A DNA stretch of 64,000 nt, taken from NCBI GenBank assembly GCA_038087875.1, contig CM075994.1, positions 9,488,001 to 9,552,000 of the forward strand, in the 5' to 3' direction. The notes beneath the pieces were generated by a model. That model was not told the origin of the DNA. It was given only the letters and a program-made list of their open reading frames with translations, and did no database searches. Positions 11,883 through 24,482 of the stretch are shown in pieces. This stretch comes from Malacoraja senta. Taxonomy: Eukaryota. The position numbers and the translations under genes are program-made. Within the stretch, counting starts at the first letter, position 1, and every line of letters begins with the position of its first letter.

Positions 11883-13144
11883 TTGTGGACGAAGGAACTG
11901 CAGATTTACTGGTTTAAATCGTAGGTAGACACAAAATGCTGGAGTAACTCAGCGGACAGGCAGCATCTCTGGAGAACATGGATAGGTACAAAGTGCTGGA
12001 GTAACTCAGCGGGTCAGGCAGCATCTCTGGAGAACGTAGATAGGTACAAAATGCTGGAGTAACTCAGCGGGTCAGGCAGCATCTCTGGAGAACGCAGATA
12101 AACAAGTCAGTTTGGGACTCATTTTCAGACTCCACCAAGTGCTGGAGTCACCTGTCCACATTCTCCACAGATGCTGCCTGACCCGCTGAGTTATCCCAGC
12201 ACTTTGTACCTATCTACGTTCTCCAGAGATGCTACCTGACCCGCTGAGTTACTCCAGCACTTTGTGTCTTTCTGCCCAAGCCACGTGAATAATCTTTTTG
12301 CTGCTTCCAGTTTCGATTCAGATTTCCAATTCGTTTTCATGGAACAGATCACATCTCCGCGAGGCAGTCTACCTTGACTGAAGGCTGTTACATAACATGA
12401 ATAACCCGTTTCCAAACTGCCGGGAGCAATCTCCTTCCTGCATCTTGTTTTTACACTTGAACAGATAAACAAGGTGATTAAGGACAGCAGGATGGAGCAG
12501 CGGTAGAGTTGCTGCCTCACAGCGCCAGAGACCCGGGTTACATCCTGACAATGGGCGCTGTCTGTACGGAGTTTGTACGTTCTCCCCGTGACCTGCGTGG
12601 GTTTTCTCTGAGATCTTCCTCTGAGATCTTGCAGAGCCATTTAGAACGGAGATGAGGAAACACTTTTTCACACAGAGAGTTGTGAGTCTGTGGAATTCTC
12701 TGTCTCAGAGGGCAGTGGAGGCCGGTTCTCTGGATACTTTCAAGAGAGAGCTAGATAGGGCTATTGAAGATAGCGGAGTCAGGGGATATGGGGAGAAGGC
12801 AGGAACAGGGTACTGATTGGGGATGATCAGCCATGATCACATTGAATGGCGGTGCTGGCTCGAAGGGCCGAATGGCCTATTCCTGCTCCTATTGTCTATT
12901 ATCTTCAGTTTCCCCCATGCTCCAAAGACCTGCAGGTTTGTAGATTAATTTGGCTTCATTTAACAATTGTAAATTGTCCCTAGTGCGTGTCGGATAGTGG
13001 TAGTGTATGCGGGGATCGCTGGTCGGCGCGGGCACTGTGGGCCGAAGGGCCTGTATCCATGCTGTATCTCCAAACTAAACATACAATTGGTTCTTTGATT
13101 GGATCGCACGCAAACAAAAGCTTTTCACTGTGTTTTTGTACTCT

Positions 13145-13640
13145 TACACATCGGCGAGACCAAACGCAGACTGGGCGATCGCTTCGCTGAACACCTTCGC
13201 TTAGCCCGCCTGAACCAACCTGATCTCCCGGTTGCCAAACACTTTAATTCTCCTTCCCATTCCCACACAGACCTTTCTGTCCTGGCCCTCCTCCATTGTC
13301 AGAGTGAGGCCCAGCGCAAATTGGAGGAACAGCACCTCATATTTTGCTTTGGCAGCTTACAGGCCAGTGGTATGAACATTGATTTCTCTAACTTCAAGTA
13401 ACCCTTGCTTTCCCTCTCTCTCCATCCCCTCCCCCACCCAAGTCACACCAGCTTCTCGTTATCACCCTACAAACAGCTAACAATGGCCTGTTTCATTTAT
13501 CATCGTAACTTTCTTGCAAATCTTTCAATCATTGTTCTTTATCTCTCTACATCATCTTCTTTATCTCTCGTTTCCCTTATCCCTAATCAGTCTGAAGAAG
13601 GTTCTCAACCCAAAACGTCACCCATTCCTTCTCTCCAGTA
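13145..13640 (+). mobile_element. Penelope-like element 3' fragment (GIY-YIG end, 3' UTR, degenerate hammerhead core)
   Basis: ORF HIGETKRRLGDRFAEHLR...VAKHFN...EEQHLIF..GSLQASGMNIDF. Downstream CTGAAGAAGGTTCTCAACCCAAAACGTC. Confidence 0.85.
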
Positions 13641-15005
13641 TGTACAGGCCCTCTCGTCAGGATGATCGAAACTTCGACGTCGGGAAGGTCGAACACACTC
13701 CGCGGCCTGGAGTGCACGAATCGGCCACTTTCTTACCGGAGACCGCGGCTTCAGGATGTTATAGGCCGCAGGCCGGCGGTCGGAACTTTTCTCCGGCGAT
13801 CCCAGGCTCCGGATGGTTAGTCCACGCCACGCCCGCGGCTAGCAGCTCCCCAAACCACAGCCCCATGATGCCAAAGTCACCAGGCCAGCGATCAGAGCAT
13901 TCCTTTTCTCCAGAGATGCTGCCTGTCCCGCTGAGTTTCTCCAGCTTTTTTTGGCAATCTTTGGGATAAACCAGCATTTTGGAATATATACTGGTGTTGC
14001 TCAGTAGGTTGACAATAGTCATCGCAGGAATGAGTGGGTTAACATACGATGAGCGTTTGACGGCACTGGGCCTGTACTCGCTGGGGTTTAGAATAATGAG
14101 GGGGGACCTCATTGAAACATACAGAATAATGAAAGGCTTGGATAGAGTGGATGTGGAGAGCATGTTCCACCAGAGGGAGAGTCTAGGACTAGAGGTCATG
14201 GCCTCAGAATTAAAGGACGTTCCTTTAGGAATGAAATGAGGAGGAATTTCTGTATTCAGAGGGTGGCGAATCTGTGGAATTCATTGCCACAGACGGCTGT
14301 GGAGGCCACAAGTCAATGGATATTTTTAAGGCAGAGATATATTCTTGATTAGTACGGGTGTCAGAGGTTATGGGGAGAAGGCAGGAGAATGGGATTAGGA
14401 GGGAGAGATAGGTCAGCCACGATTGAATGGCGGAGTAGACTTGATGGGCTGAATGGCCTAATTCTGCTCCTATCACTTATGAACTCAGCGGGTCAGGCAG
14501 CATCTCTGGAGAACATGGATGGGTTACATTTCGGGTCGAGACCTTTCAAATTCTTATAATTATCACCCGGACCCGACTCCCAACTGTGTGCCCTGACAGA
14601 CAGGAACCAACTCCAGAGGTCAAAGCGACAGCATCTTTATTTAAGCCAACCCACCTGGAAAGTTTAACCAGCCTGTTGGAATCCAATCTGAACTTTCCAA
14701 CCTACCCCCCACACAGCACATTCTCCTGGTTTCCTTCAATCCAGGGAGGTTGTTTAGATAGGAATGTAAGGACTGTCTCAAATTGGTTGACCACATAACT
14801 TGTAATTCATGTCAATCAATATCAAATTTGAATGGCTGTGACTCAGGCTAATGCCAGTGATTTGATCATTGACAGGTTCGTTCCAGGCATTCTTGCGTTT
14901 TCAAGGCTGGTGCTGTATTGAGTCAATAATTTTAATAGATTCAATTGTGGATTAGTGCAGCCTGCAGTACGCTGTGGCCGACTGCTGACTTACTTGACGG
15001 ATACA

Positions 15006-15460
15006 TCTATCTATCATATCTATCTATATCTATCTATCTATATTTAAAACTCTGTGTGTGTGTGTGTTTCTGCCTGTCTTGTGGCTGCCAGCCTTCCTTT
15101 GATTCCTTGCTACGCCAACACCACACGCAGAAACGCCGAGATTTTTTCCATTTTGGTAGAGATTTCACTTTTCATTCCAAGTATCCACTCCTGATTAAAT
15201 TTTGTCGTGTTTATGTACACATTTTTAATAAAATCCTTCTCCCCCCCCCCCAACACTCACTCATTTTGTCTCCTCCTGCTGGCCAGACACCATAACGGCT
15301 GCTGCCGCCCGGCTCTGCTCCGAAAACGACGCCATTTTCTTTTTTTCGCTAGCGATTTTCGCCCCGTAGTCTGAAGCACGTTCGGGGTCTAAAACCCCGG
15401 GGTCTGAAACACGTTCAGTGTCCAGACCCAATGTGTCTGCACTTGGTCTAGTATACTTTT

Positions 15461-15510
<50 letters not shown>

Positions 15511-15868
15511 GCATGTGAAACGTATCTCCCCAAAAACTTATGAGTTCAGAAATCCATTCCTTTGTCAAATATTTCCCCAGATTTTGAATAAAATTGATCA
15601 CAAAACTCAATTTTTAAAATCTAAAGGGCGCTCACCAGCTGCTGACGTCACAATGCCCACATGCCGACCAATCCAGGCCCACCTGCCTCCAGGCGCCGCC
15701 CCCCCGCCACTGTGGACTAAAGCTGCGCGCCCAGCCAAGTACGCTCGCGCCACGCCCGACCGCCCACCCTCTCCAACCACCCCCCCCACCCCATTCTCAA
15801 AATGCTCTGCAGATCGGGAGGGCACCGGAGGTCACAGCTTGCTTCTGAATTCCACTCCGTCTCCACCA
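15006..15868 (+). mobile_element. Non-autonomous Helitron (15006-15451) followed by a second, truncated Helitron 5' part
   Basis: Starts A|TC. Ends with hairpin CAGACCCAATGTGTCTG, then CACTTGGTCTAG|T. Same family as 46586-47070. Confidence 0.8.
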
Positions 15869-17113
15869 CGTTTTCAAGGCTGGTGCTGTATTGAGTCAAT
15901 AATTTAAATAGATAAAATTGTGGATTAGTGCAGCCAGCAGTACGCTGTGGCCGACTGCTGACATACTTGACGGATACATGTATTTATAAATCTAATTGAA
16001 ATTAATACGCAGGTCCGTACACACACAGTTGCTCAGCTAGCGAGTGTTTATCCCGAATGACCTATAACCTGGACATGTGCAGTTGTAATACCGAACTCGC
16101 TTATACGCAGAGTGGGGTAAGAGCTATTATGTATTATTACTAAACTTTATTTCAGACTCAAGGTCCAGACAAGAGATGACATTACATAAAATACATTGCA
16201 TATAAAAACACAGAGAATTCCACAGGCTCACAACTCTGTGAGAAAAACTGTTTCCTCATCTCCGTTCTAAATGGCTTACCCCTTCCTCTTAATCTGTGGC
16301 CCCTGGTTCTGGACTCCCCCAACATCGGGAACATGTTTCCTGCCTCTAAAGTGCCCAAACCCTTAATAATCTTATATGTTTCAATAAGATCTCCTCTCAT
16401 CCTTCTAAACTCCAGAGTGCACAAGCCCAGCCGCTCCATTCTTTCGGCATATGACAGTCCCGCCATTCCAGGAATTAATTTTGTAAACCTACGCTGCACT
16501 CCCTCAATAGCAATAAACACTCTTTCACCCAGAGAGTTGTGAGTCTGTGGAATTCACTGCCTCAGAGGGCGGTGGAGGCCGGTTCTCTGGATACTTTCAA
16601 GAGAGAGCTAGATAGGCTCTTAAAGATAGCAGAATCGGGGAAATGGGGAGAAGGGAGGAACGGGGTACTGATTGGGGATCATCAGCCATGATCACATGGC
16701 CTACTCATACTCCTACACCTATTGTCCATTGTCTATTTTTCTCCAGAGATGCTGGCTGAACCGTTTGGTAATTTCTGCATTTTGTGCGTATCTCTTATAA
16801 TTATCGTGCCATTCTCATCTCCTCCTGCAATTCAGGATTTTTCTATCATGAAGTCATCAGTAATTCGATCTTTTCCTTGCCTCCTCCCCCTACCTCTGTA
16901 AGACCATCCCATAGTCAAAATCACAAGGGATTTTCACTAAAGGCTCAGAGTGCTGGCGTAACTCGGTGAGTCGGGCAGCATCTCTGGAGAACACGGACTG
17001 GTGACGTTTCCAGTTGGGATCCTTCTACAGATTTCAGGGAATTTGAAGACTTCTGTTTGAAGTTTTTCCTGTTCTCTCTCTTGCCCTCGAAGCTCAGCTG
17101 TTCAAATCCAAAG

Positions 17114-17475
17114 ATGAATTACCTTGTGGTCCTGGTAGCTGGTCTCATTCTCAGTGCCTCTCCGGGTAAGGAAATATAACTATTGTTGTTGTCCCCTAGT
17201 TTAACTGGAAAGGCATTTTAGATTCTCAAATGGGATTGGAATTCTTGGTTAAACATTTAGCTGTGTGTTCGTTCACATGTAGAGAGTTTGTTACTGAATA
17301 TGGAGTTAGTTATTGTCAAGTCAAGAGTGTTTTATGGTTATATGTCCCAGAATAGAAGGAAAGGTTTCAGGTCGAGACCCTTCTTCCTTCTCTCCAGAGA
17401 TGCTGCCTGTCCCGCTGAGTTACTCCAGCATTTTATGTCTATCTTCGGTGTAAACCGGCATCTGCAGTTCCTTGC

Positions 17476-17506
<31 letters not shown>

Positions 17507-17508
17507 AT

Positions 17509-17546
<38 letters not shown>

Positions 17547-19671
17547 ACACACACACACACACATATGTACACAAAAACAAACAATAATAGTGCAAAAGGC
17601 AAAACTATACGTGTATAGGTAGTTTAAGATACTACCTTGGCAGTGTGTACCATAGTGTTAGTGTACGGGGTGAGCACTGGTCGGCGCGGACCCGGTGTAA
17701 ACATCAGAGGGCTCTACAGCACTGATGTGTAGGAAGGAACTGCAGATGTTGGTTTACACCGAAAATAGACAAAAAGTGCTGGAGTAACTCAACGGGACAG
17801 CAGCATCTCTGGAGAGAAGGAATAGTTGACATTTCGGGTCGAGACCCTTCTTCAGACTGAGAGTCAGGGGAAAGGGAAATGAGAGAAATAGACAGTGATA
17901 TCGTAAGATATTCAACAAATGAATGATAGGTATGCAAAAAAGTAAAGATGACAAAGGCAACAGGCCATTGTTAGCTGTGGGCGAGGTGAGAATGAGTTAC
18001 GGACAATGAGATTCCATAAGACGACTTTCAAACCAGTACAACCAGTTGGGATTTGGGAGGGTCTCGACCTAAACATCACCTGTACCTCTTCTCCAGAGCG
18101 GCTGCCTGACCCGCTAAGTCACTCCAGCAATTTGTGTCGGTGTTGTTCTATGTTTAATTAAAGGAGTTGCTTGTTTTCAGAGCAGCAGCAGAACGAGCTG
18201 CAGGTGTCTCTCACACAACCTCCTCTGTTTTGTTCTCAATGTACAGGTAACTCTTTGCGGTGTTTCTCCTGCTTAGCATCACAGGAAAAATGTTTGGGTA
18301 ATACTATTAACTGCCCTGCGGGGCTGCAATGCTACCTTGGGGTTGCAGAGGTTGGTAAGTATGAATCAATTTGAGATGAATATCTCTAAACATAAAAACA
18401 TAGAAACATAGAAAATAGGTGCAGGAGTAGGCCATTCGACCCTTCGCGCCTGCACCGCCATTCAATATGATCATGGCTGATCATCCAACTCAGTATCCTG
18501 TACCTGCCTTCTCTCCATGCCCCCTGATCCCTTTAGCCACAAGGGCCACATCTAACTCCCTCTTAAATATAGCCAATGAACTGGCCTCAACTACCTTCTG
18601 TGGCAGAGAATTCCAGAGATTCACCACTCTCTGTGTGAAAAAATGATTTTCTCATCTCGGTCCTAAAAGACTTCCCCCTTATCCTTAAACTGTGACTCCT
18701 TGTTCTGGACTTCCCCAACATCGGGAACAATCTTCCTGCATCTAGCCTGTCCAACCCCTTAAGAATCTTGTAAATTTCTATAAGATCCCCCCTCAATCTT
18801 CTAAATTCTAGCGAGTACAAGCCGAGTCTATCCAGTCCAGTAAAATCTCTCCAGTAAACTAGAGATACAGCGCGGAAACCTACCCCCACCACCCTTTGTG
18901 TAAAAAAGTTACCCCTCCGATTCCTATTAAAATATTTTCCCCTTCACCTTAAACCTATGCCCTCTGGGCCTCGATTCCCCAACTCTGGGCAAGATACTCT
19001 GTGCGTCTACCCGATCTATTCCTCTCATGATTTTACACACCTCTATAGGATCACCCCTCATACTCCTGTGCTCCAAGGAATAGAGACCCAGCCTGCTCAA
19101 CCTCTCCCTATAGCTCACACCCTCTAGTCCTGGCAACATCCTCGTAAAGATGTTAAGACTGTGCGATTCTGTGAATAAATAGCTGATTTACTCATAGAAA
19201 TGGGATTCACACAAAGGGTGGTGGGTGTATGGAACAAGCTGCCAGAGGAGGTAGTTAAAGCAGGGACTATCGCAACGTTTAAGAAACAGTTAGACAGGTA
19301 CATGGACGGGACAGGTTTGGGATATATGGACCAAGCGCAGGCAGGTGGGACTAGTGCAGCTGGGACATGTTGGCCGGTGTGGGCAAGTTGGGCCGAAGGG
19401 CCTGTTTCCACGCTGTATCACTCTAAAATGGTACATGAACTATGAACACAGAAAATATTTATCTGACCATTCTGTTTTTCCAGTTGGTGCAAGGATTTAC
19501 AGCGCTGGATGTTTCCCTCTTGCTTCATGTAGTGTCGAGCAAAGTATCGGAGGTGTCTCATTCGCTATCAGCTGTTGTACTACTGACCTCTGCAACGCGA
19601 GTGACCAAGTTAAATTATCTCTTCTGCTGTTCCCTGCTCTGGTCTCAGTCTGGTTTGCAATTTTTATGTGA
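17114..19671 (+). CDS. Ly6/uPAR three-finger GPI-type protein, copy B, 115 aa (exons 17114-17165, 18247-18354, 19484-19671)
   Basis: Three phase-1 exons with GT-AG junctions. MNYLVVLVAGLILSASPGNSLRCFSCLASQEKCLGNTINCPAGLQCYLGVAEVVGARIYSAGCFPLASCSVEQSIGGVSFAISCCTTDLCNASDQVKLSLLLFPALVSVWFAIFM gives a signal peptide, 10-Cys LU domain and GPI-type tail. AATAAA at 19930. Confidence 0.94.
18390..18837 (-). mobile_element. CR1 LINE 3' end inserted in intron 2 of copy B only
   Basis: [20 protein letters not shown] motif and (TTCTATGT)n tail on the minus strand. Absent from the homologous introns of A and C. Confidence 0.85.
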
Positions 19672-22519
19672 AGCAAGTGCATAATAATAATGCACAGTGC
19701 AATCTTCTGGGTGCTTTTTGTCTGAAGATCAGGGATAATGGGTCTTAACACTTGATTTCCAAGAGATGAGCTACTTAATCTAACAGATGTGCAAATCCTT
19801 TTCATTTCTGAATCAGTAACCCTCATCCACAATGCTTGATATTTGCAATCATTTAATAATATGGATAATAATAATAATCATATAACTTGGAGCTTGTACC
19901 ATTATTCTGTTCAACTGTTGCCGCATCTCAATAAAGTATTGATTTTCTAAAAAAAATATGAGCGTAATTCTTTCTTTCATAAGTTCCAGGAGCAGGATCA
20001 AGCCATTCGGCCCATCAAGGCTACTCCGTCCATCAAACATGGCCGCTCTATCTTTCCCTCTCAACCCCATTCTCCCCATAACCCCTGACACTTGTACTAA
20101 TCAAGAATCTGTCAAAGCCTCTATCAAATTCTTCAAAGCAATTTTATAAACTGCCTCACGTTATCATAACTACACTGTATAATTCAACGGCATGGTGGCA
20201 CAGCGGTAGAGTTGAGGCCGGTTCTCTGGATACTTTCAAGAGAGACCACAACCCCACGACGCCAAAGTCACCAGGCCAGCTATCGGAGCACTCCTCTCTT
20301 GCGACCCCCAGCAAGGGTTTTCCCCAGCACTGCAATGGAAAGGTCCACGCTGCGCCCGCTGCTGAAGTTCCGGGCCCGAATCTGGGAAAGGCTGCTCCAA
20401 TCCAAGCTGTTAGGCCGCGAGGGAGGCGACATGGAAAAAGTCACCTCTCTGTGGAGTCTGTCAAGGAGTTGGGAGTCGGGTCCGAGTGACTGGGCAGTGA
20501 TAATTATGAGAATTTGAAAGGTCTCGACCCGAAATGTAACCTATTAATTTTCTCCAGAGATGCTGCCTGACCCACTGAGTACATAAGTGATAGGAGCAGA
20601 ATTAGGCCATTTGGCCCATCAAGTCTATTCCGCCATTCAATCGTGGCTGACCTATCTCTCCCTCCTAACCCCATTCTCCTGCCTTCTCCCCATAACCTGT
20701 GACACCCGTACTAATCAAGAATCTATGCCTTAAAAATATCCATTTACTTGGCCTCCAAGTTGAAAGAATGGAGTGACTGGGCTTGTATACACTGGAATTT
20801 AGAAGGATGAGAGGGAATCTTATTGAAACATATAAGATTATTAAGGGATTGGACACACCAGAACCTAGGGCCACAGTTTAATAGAATAAGGGGCCATTTA
20901 GAACGGAGATGAAGAAACACTTTTTCACCCAGAGAGTAGTGAATCTGTGGAAATCTCTGCCTCAGAAGGTAGTGGAGGCCGGTTCGCTGGATGCTTTCAG
21001 GAGAGAGCTAGATAGAGCTCTTAAAGATAGCGGAGTCAGAGGATATGGGGAGAAGGCAGGAACGGGGTACTGATTGGGGATGATCAGCCATGATAACAGG
21101 GAATGGCTGGCTCGAAGGGCCGAATGGCCTCCTCCTGCACCTGTTGTCTATTGTAACAATCCCACACACCAAAACTTGGCCAGTCCTGCCCCTTCACGCC
21201 CCTAGAAAGTGCTTAACTCCCCCAGAAAGAACGGAGGAAAGGTCCCGACCCGAAATGTCCCCTATACATGTTCTCCAGAGATGCCGCCTGACCTGCATTT
21301 TTTGTGTCTTTTTTTCATTGCTTTAGAGTTCGCCAAACCAAACTCAAACTGAAATGCAGAGATGCATGTTACTGAATTGACTTATGTAATGTGCTTTGGT
21401 GGCCTATGTCAGAGTTTTGTTTCTGAATGCACCCACCAACACTATCCTACACACACAAGGGACAATTTCCAATTAATCCAAGCCAAATAATCTACAAACC
21501 CGTGCGTCATTCGAGTGTAGGAGGAAACCGGAGCTCCCGGAGAAAACTCACGGGGAGAACGTGCAAACTCCGTACAAACAGCGCCCGCGGTCAGGATCGA
21601 ACCCGGGCCTCTGGTGCTGTCAGTCAGCAGCTCTGGCGCGGCACCACCGTGCCGTTAAGGGGAGTAACGTTTTTAAGGCAGAGGGAGATAGATTCTTGAT
21701 GAGTGCGGGTGTCGGAGGTTATGGGGAGAAGGCGGGAGAATGGGGGTGAGGAGGGAGAGATAGATCAGCCATGATTGAATGGCGGGGTGGACTGGATGGG
21801 CCGAATGGCCTAATTCTGCTCCTATTTCCTGATGACATTCAGTGCAAGATAAAGTCAGAAATGCTGCTGATGGATTAAAGGGTTTAAAAAGGGTGAAGCG
21901 ATCGGAATGCATGATTGCAAATCCACTTCTGGTAACAGCAGGCAGAGAGTTGCCAGGTTTGGGCGTTGAACGCCAGCTACAGATGACAGAAGCAGATTGA
22001 GGAACAAAGCCTGCATGTCGTGTGCAGGAAGTGTTACACGGCCGCTGGGAGAGGAAGTTTAGGGAGCTACTGCCGATCATAAAGTGATAAGAGCAGAATT
22101 AGGCCATTTGGCCCATCAAGTCTACTCCGCCATTCAATCCTGGCTGAGCTATCTCTCCCTCTCAACCCCCATTCTCCTGCCTTCTCTCCATAACCCCTGA
22201 CACCCGTATGAATCGAGAATCAGTCTCTGCCTTCAACATATCCAATGACTTGGCCTCCACAGCTGTCTATGGCAAAGAATTCCACAGATTCACCACCCTC
22301 TGACTGAAGAAATTCCTCTCCACATCCATGCTATCCAGGCCTTTCACTTTTTGGCAGGTTTCAATGAGGTCCCCCCCCCCCCCCCTCATCATTCTAAACT
22401 CCAGCGAGTACTGGCCCAGTGCTGTCAAACGCTCATCATATGTTAACTCACTCATCCCTGGGATGCTGGTTTAAACCGAAGATAAACACAAAAGCTGGTG
22501 GATGCATGGGTTACTTAAA

Positions 22520-22952
22520 GATATACTCGCTAGAATTTAGAAGATTCAGGGGGGATCTTTTAGAAACTTACAAAATTCTTAAGGGGTTGGACAGGGTAGA
22601 TGCAGGAAGATTGTTTCCGATGTTGGGGAAGTCCAGAACACGGGGTCACAGTTTAAGGATAAGGGGGAGGTCTTTTAGGGCCGAGATGAGAAAAACATTT
22701 TTCACACAGAGAGTGGTGAATCTCTGGAACTCTCTGCCACAGAAGGTAGTTGAGGCCAGTTCATCGGCTATATCTAAGAGGGAGTTAGATGTGGCCCTTG
22801 TAGCTAAAGGGATCAGGGGGTATGGAGAGAAGGCAGGTACAGGATACTGAGTTGGATGATCAGCCATGATCATATTGAATGGTGGTGCAGGCTCAAAGGG
22901 CCGAATGGCCTACACCTGCACCTATTTTCTATGTTTCTATTTTTCTATGTTT
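22520..22952 (+). mobile_element. CR1 LINE 3' end
   Basis: YSLEFRRFRGDLLETYKILKG...FFTQRVVNLWNSLP, then (TTCTATGT)-type tail. Confidence 0.85.
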
Positions 22953-24482
22953 CTCTTAAATCCATCCTGTGACTTGGCCTCCACTGCCCTCTGTGGCAGA
23001 GAATTCCATAAATTCACAACTCTCTGGGTGAAAACGTTTTTTCTCACCTGAGTCTTAAATGAACTCCCCTTTATTCTAAGACTGTGGCCCCTGGTTCTGG
23101 ACTTGCCCAACATTGGGAACATTTTTCCTGCATCTAGCTTGTCCAGTCCTTTAATAATTTAAAATGTTTCTATAAGATTCCCCCTCATCCTTCTAAACTC
23201 CAGTGAATACAAGCCTAGTCTTTTCAATCTTTCCTCATATGACAGTTCCGCCATCCCAGGGATCAATCTCATGAACCTACGCTGCACCGCCTCAATCACA
23301 AGGATGTCCTTCCTCCAATTAGGAGACCAAAACTGTACACAATACTCCAGATGTGGTCTCACCAGAGCCCTATACAACTGCAGAAGAACCTCTTTACTCC
23401 TATACTGAAATCCTCTTGTTATGAAGGCCAACATTCCATTAGCTTTCTTCACTGCCTGCTGTACCTGCACGCCAACTTTCAGTGACCAGTGTACAAGGAC
23501 ACCCAGGTCTCACTGTACCTCCCCCTTACCTAACCTAACCCCATTGAGATAATAATCTGCCCCCTTGTTTTTGCCACCAAAGTGGATAACCTCACATTTA
23601 TCTATATTATACTGCATCTGCCACGCATCTGCCCACTCACTCAACCTGTCCAGGTCACCCTGCAACCTCCTAACATCCTCTTCACAGTTCACACTGCCAC
23701 CCAGCTTTGTGTCATCCGCAAACTTGCTAGTGTTGCTCCTAATTCCCTCTTCCAATTTATTAATATATATGGTAAACAGTTGCGGCCACAACACCGAGCC
23801 TTGCGGCACTCCACTCGCCACTGCCTGCCATTCTGAAAAGGACCCGTTCACTCCTACTCTTTGCTTCCGGTCTGCCAACCAATTTTCTATCCATGTCAAC
23901 ACCCTACCATGTGCTCTAATTTTAGTCACCAGTCTCCCGTGCGGGACCTTATCAAAGGCTTCCTGAAAATCTAGATACACTACATCCACTGGCGCCCCTT
24001 CATCCATTTTACTTCTCACATCCTCAAAAAATTCCAGAACATTAGTCAAGCATGATTTCCGTTTCATAAATCCATGTTGACGGACTAATCCTTTTACTGC
24101 TATCCAAATGCCCCATTATTACCTCTTTAATCATTGACTCCAGCATCTTTCCCACCACCGAAGTCTGGCTAACTGGTCTGTAATTCCCCGTTTTCTCTCT
24201 CGCTCCTTTCTTGAAAAGTGGGATAACATTAGATATCCTCCAATCCACAGGAACTGATCCCGAATCTATTGAACATTGGAAAATGATCACCAATGCATCC
24301 ACTATTTCTAGAGCCACCTCCCTGAGGACCCTGGGATGCAGACCATCAGGTTTAGGGGATTTATCATCCTTCAGTCCCATTAGCCTACCCAATACTATTT
24401 CTCGCCTAATGAAAATGTCTTTCAGTTCCTCTACCCCCTTAGATCCTCTGTCCTCCAGTGCATCTGGGTGATTGTTTGTGTC
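22953..24482 (-). mobile_element. CR1 LINE RT fragment (frameshifted)
   Basis: Minus-strand frames with [55 protein letters not shown]. Same subfamily as 43270-45857. Confidence 0.93.

Noticed and set aside
12309..12322. ISRE-like AGTTTCGATTC upstream of copy B (Ly6 genes are often interferon-induced)
   Set aside because: Imperfect match and not conserved in the paralogous copy near 37670.
12490..12560. tRNA-like sequence with A and B boxes
   Set aside because: Continues into a SINE body and recurs as dispersed diverged copies; not a tRNA gene.
17114..19671. Assigning a symbol such as CD59, LY6E or bouncer
   Set aside because: The fold is clear, but orthology cannot be judged without phylogeny and synteny.
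21835..22075. Unique stretch with ETS-like AGGAAGT motifs and part of a 135-aa minus-strand ORF
   Set aside because: No splice structure, paralogue or recognisable domain to support a call.
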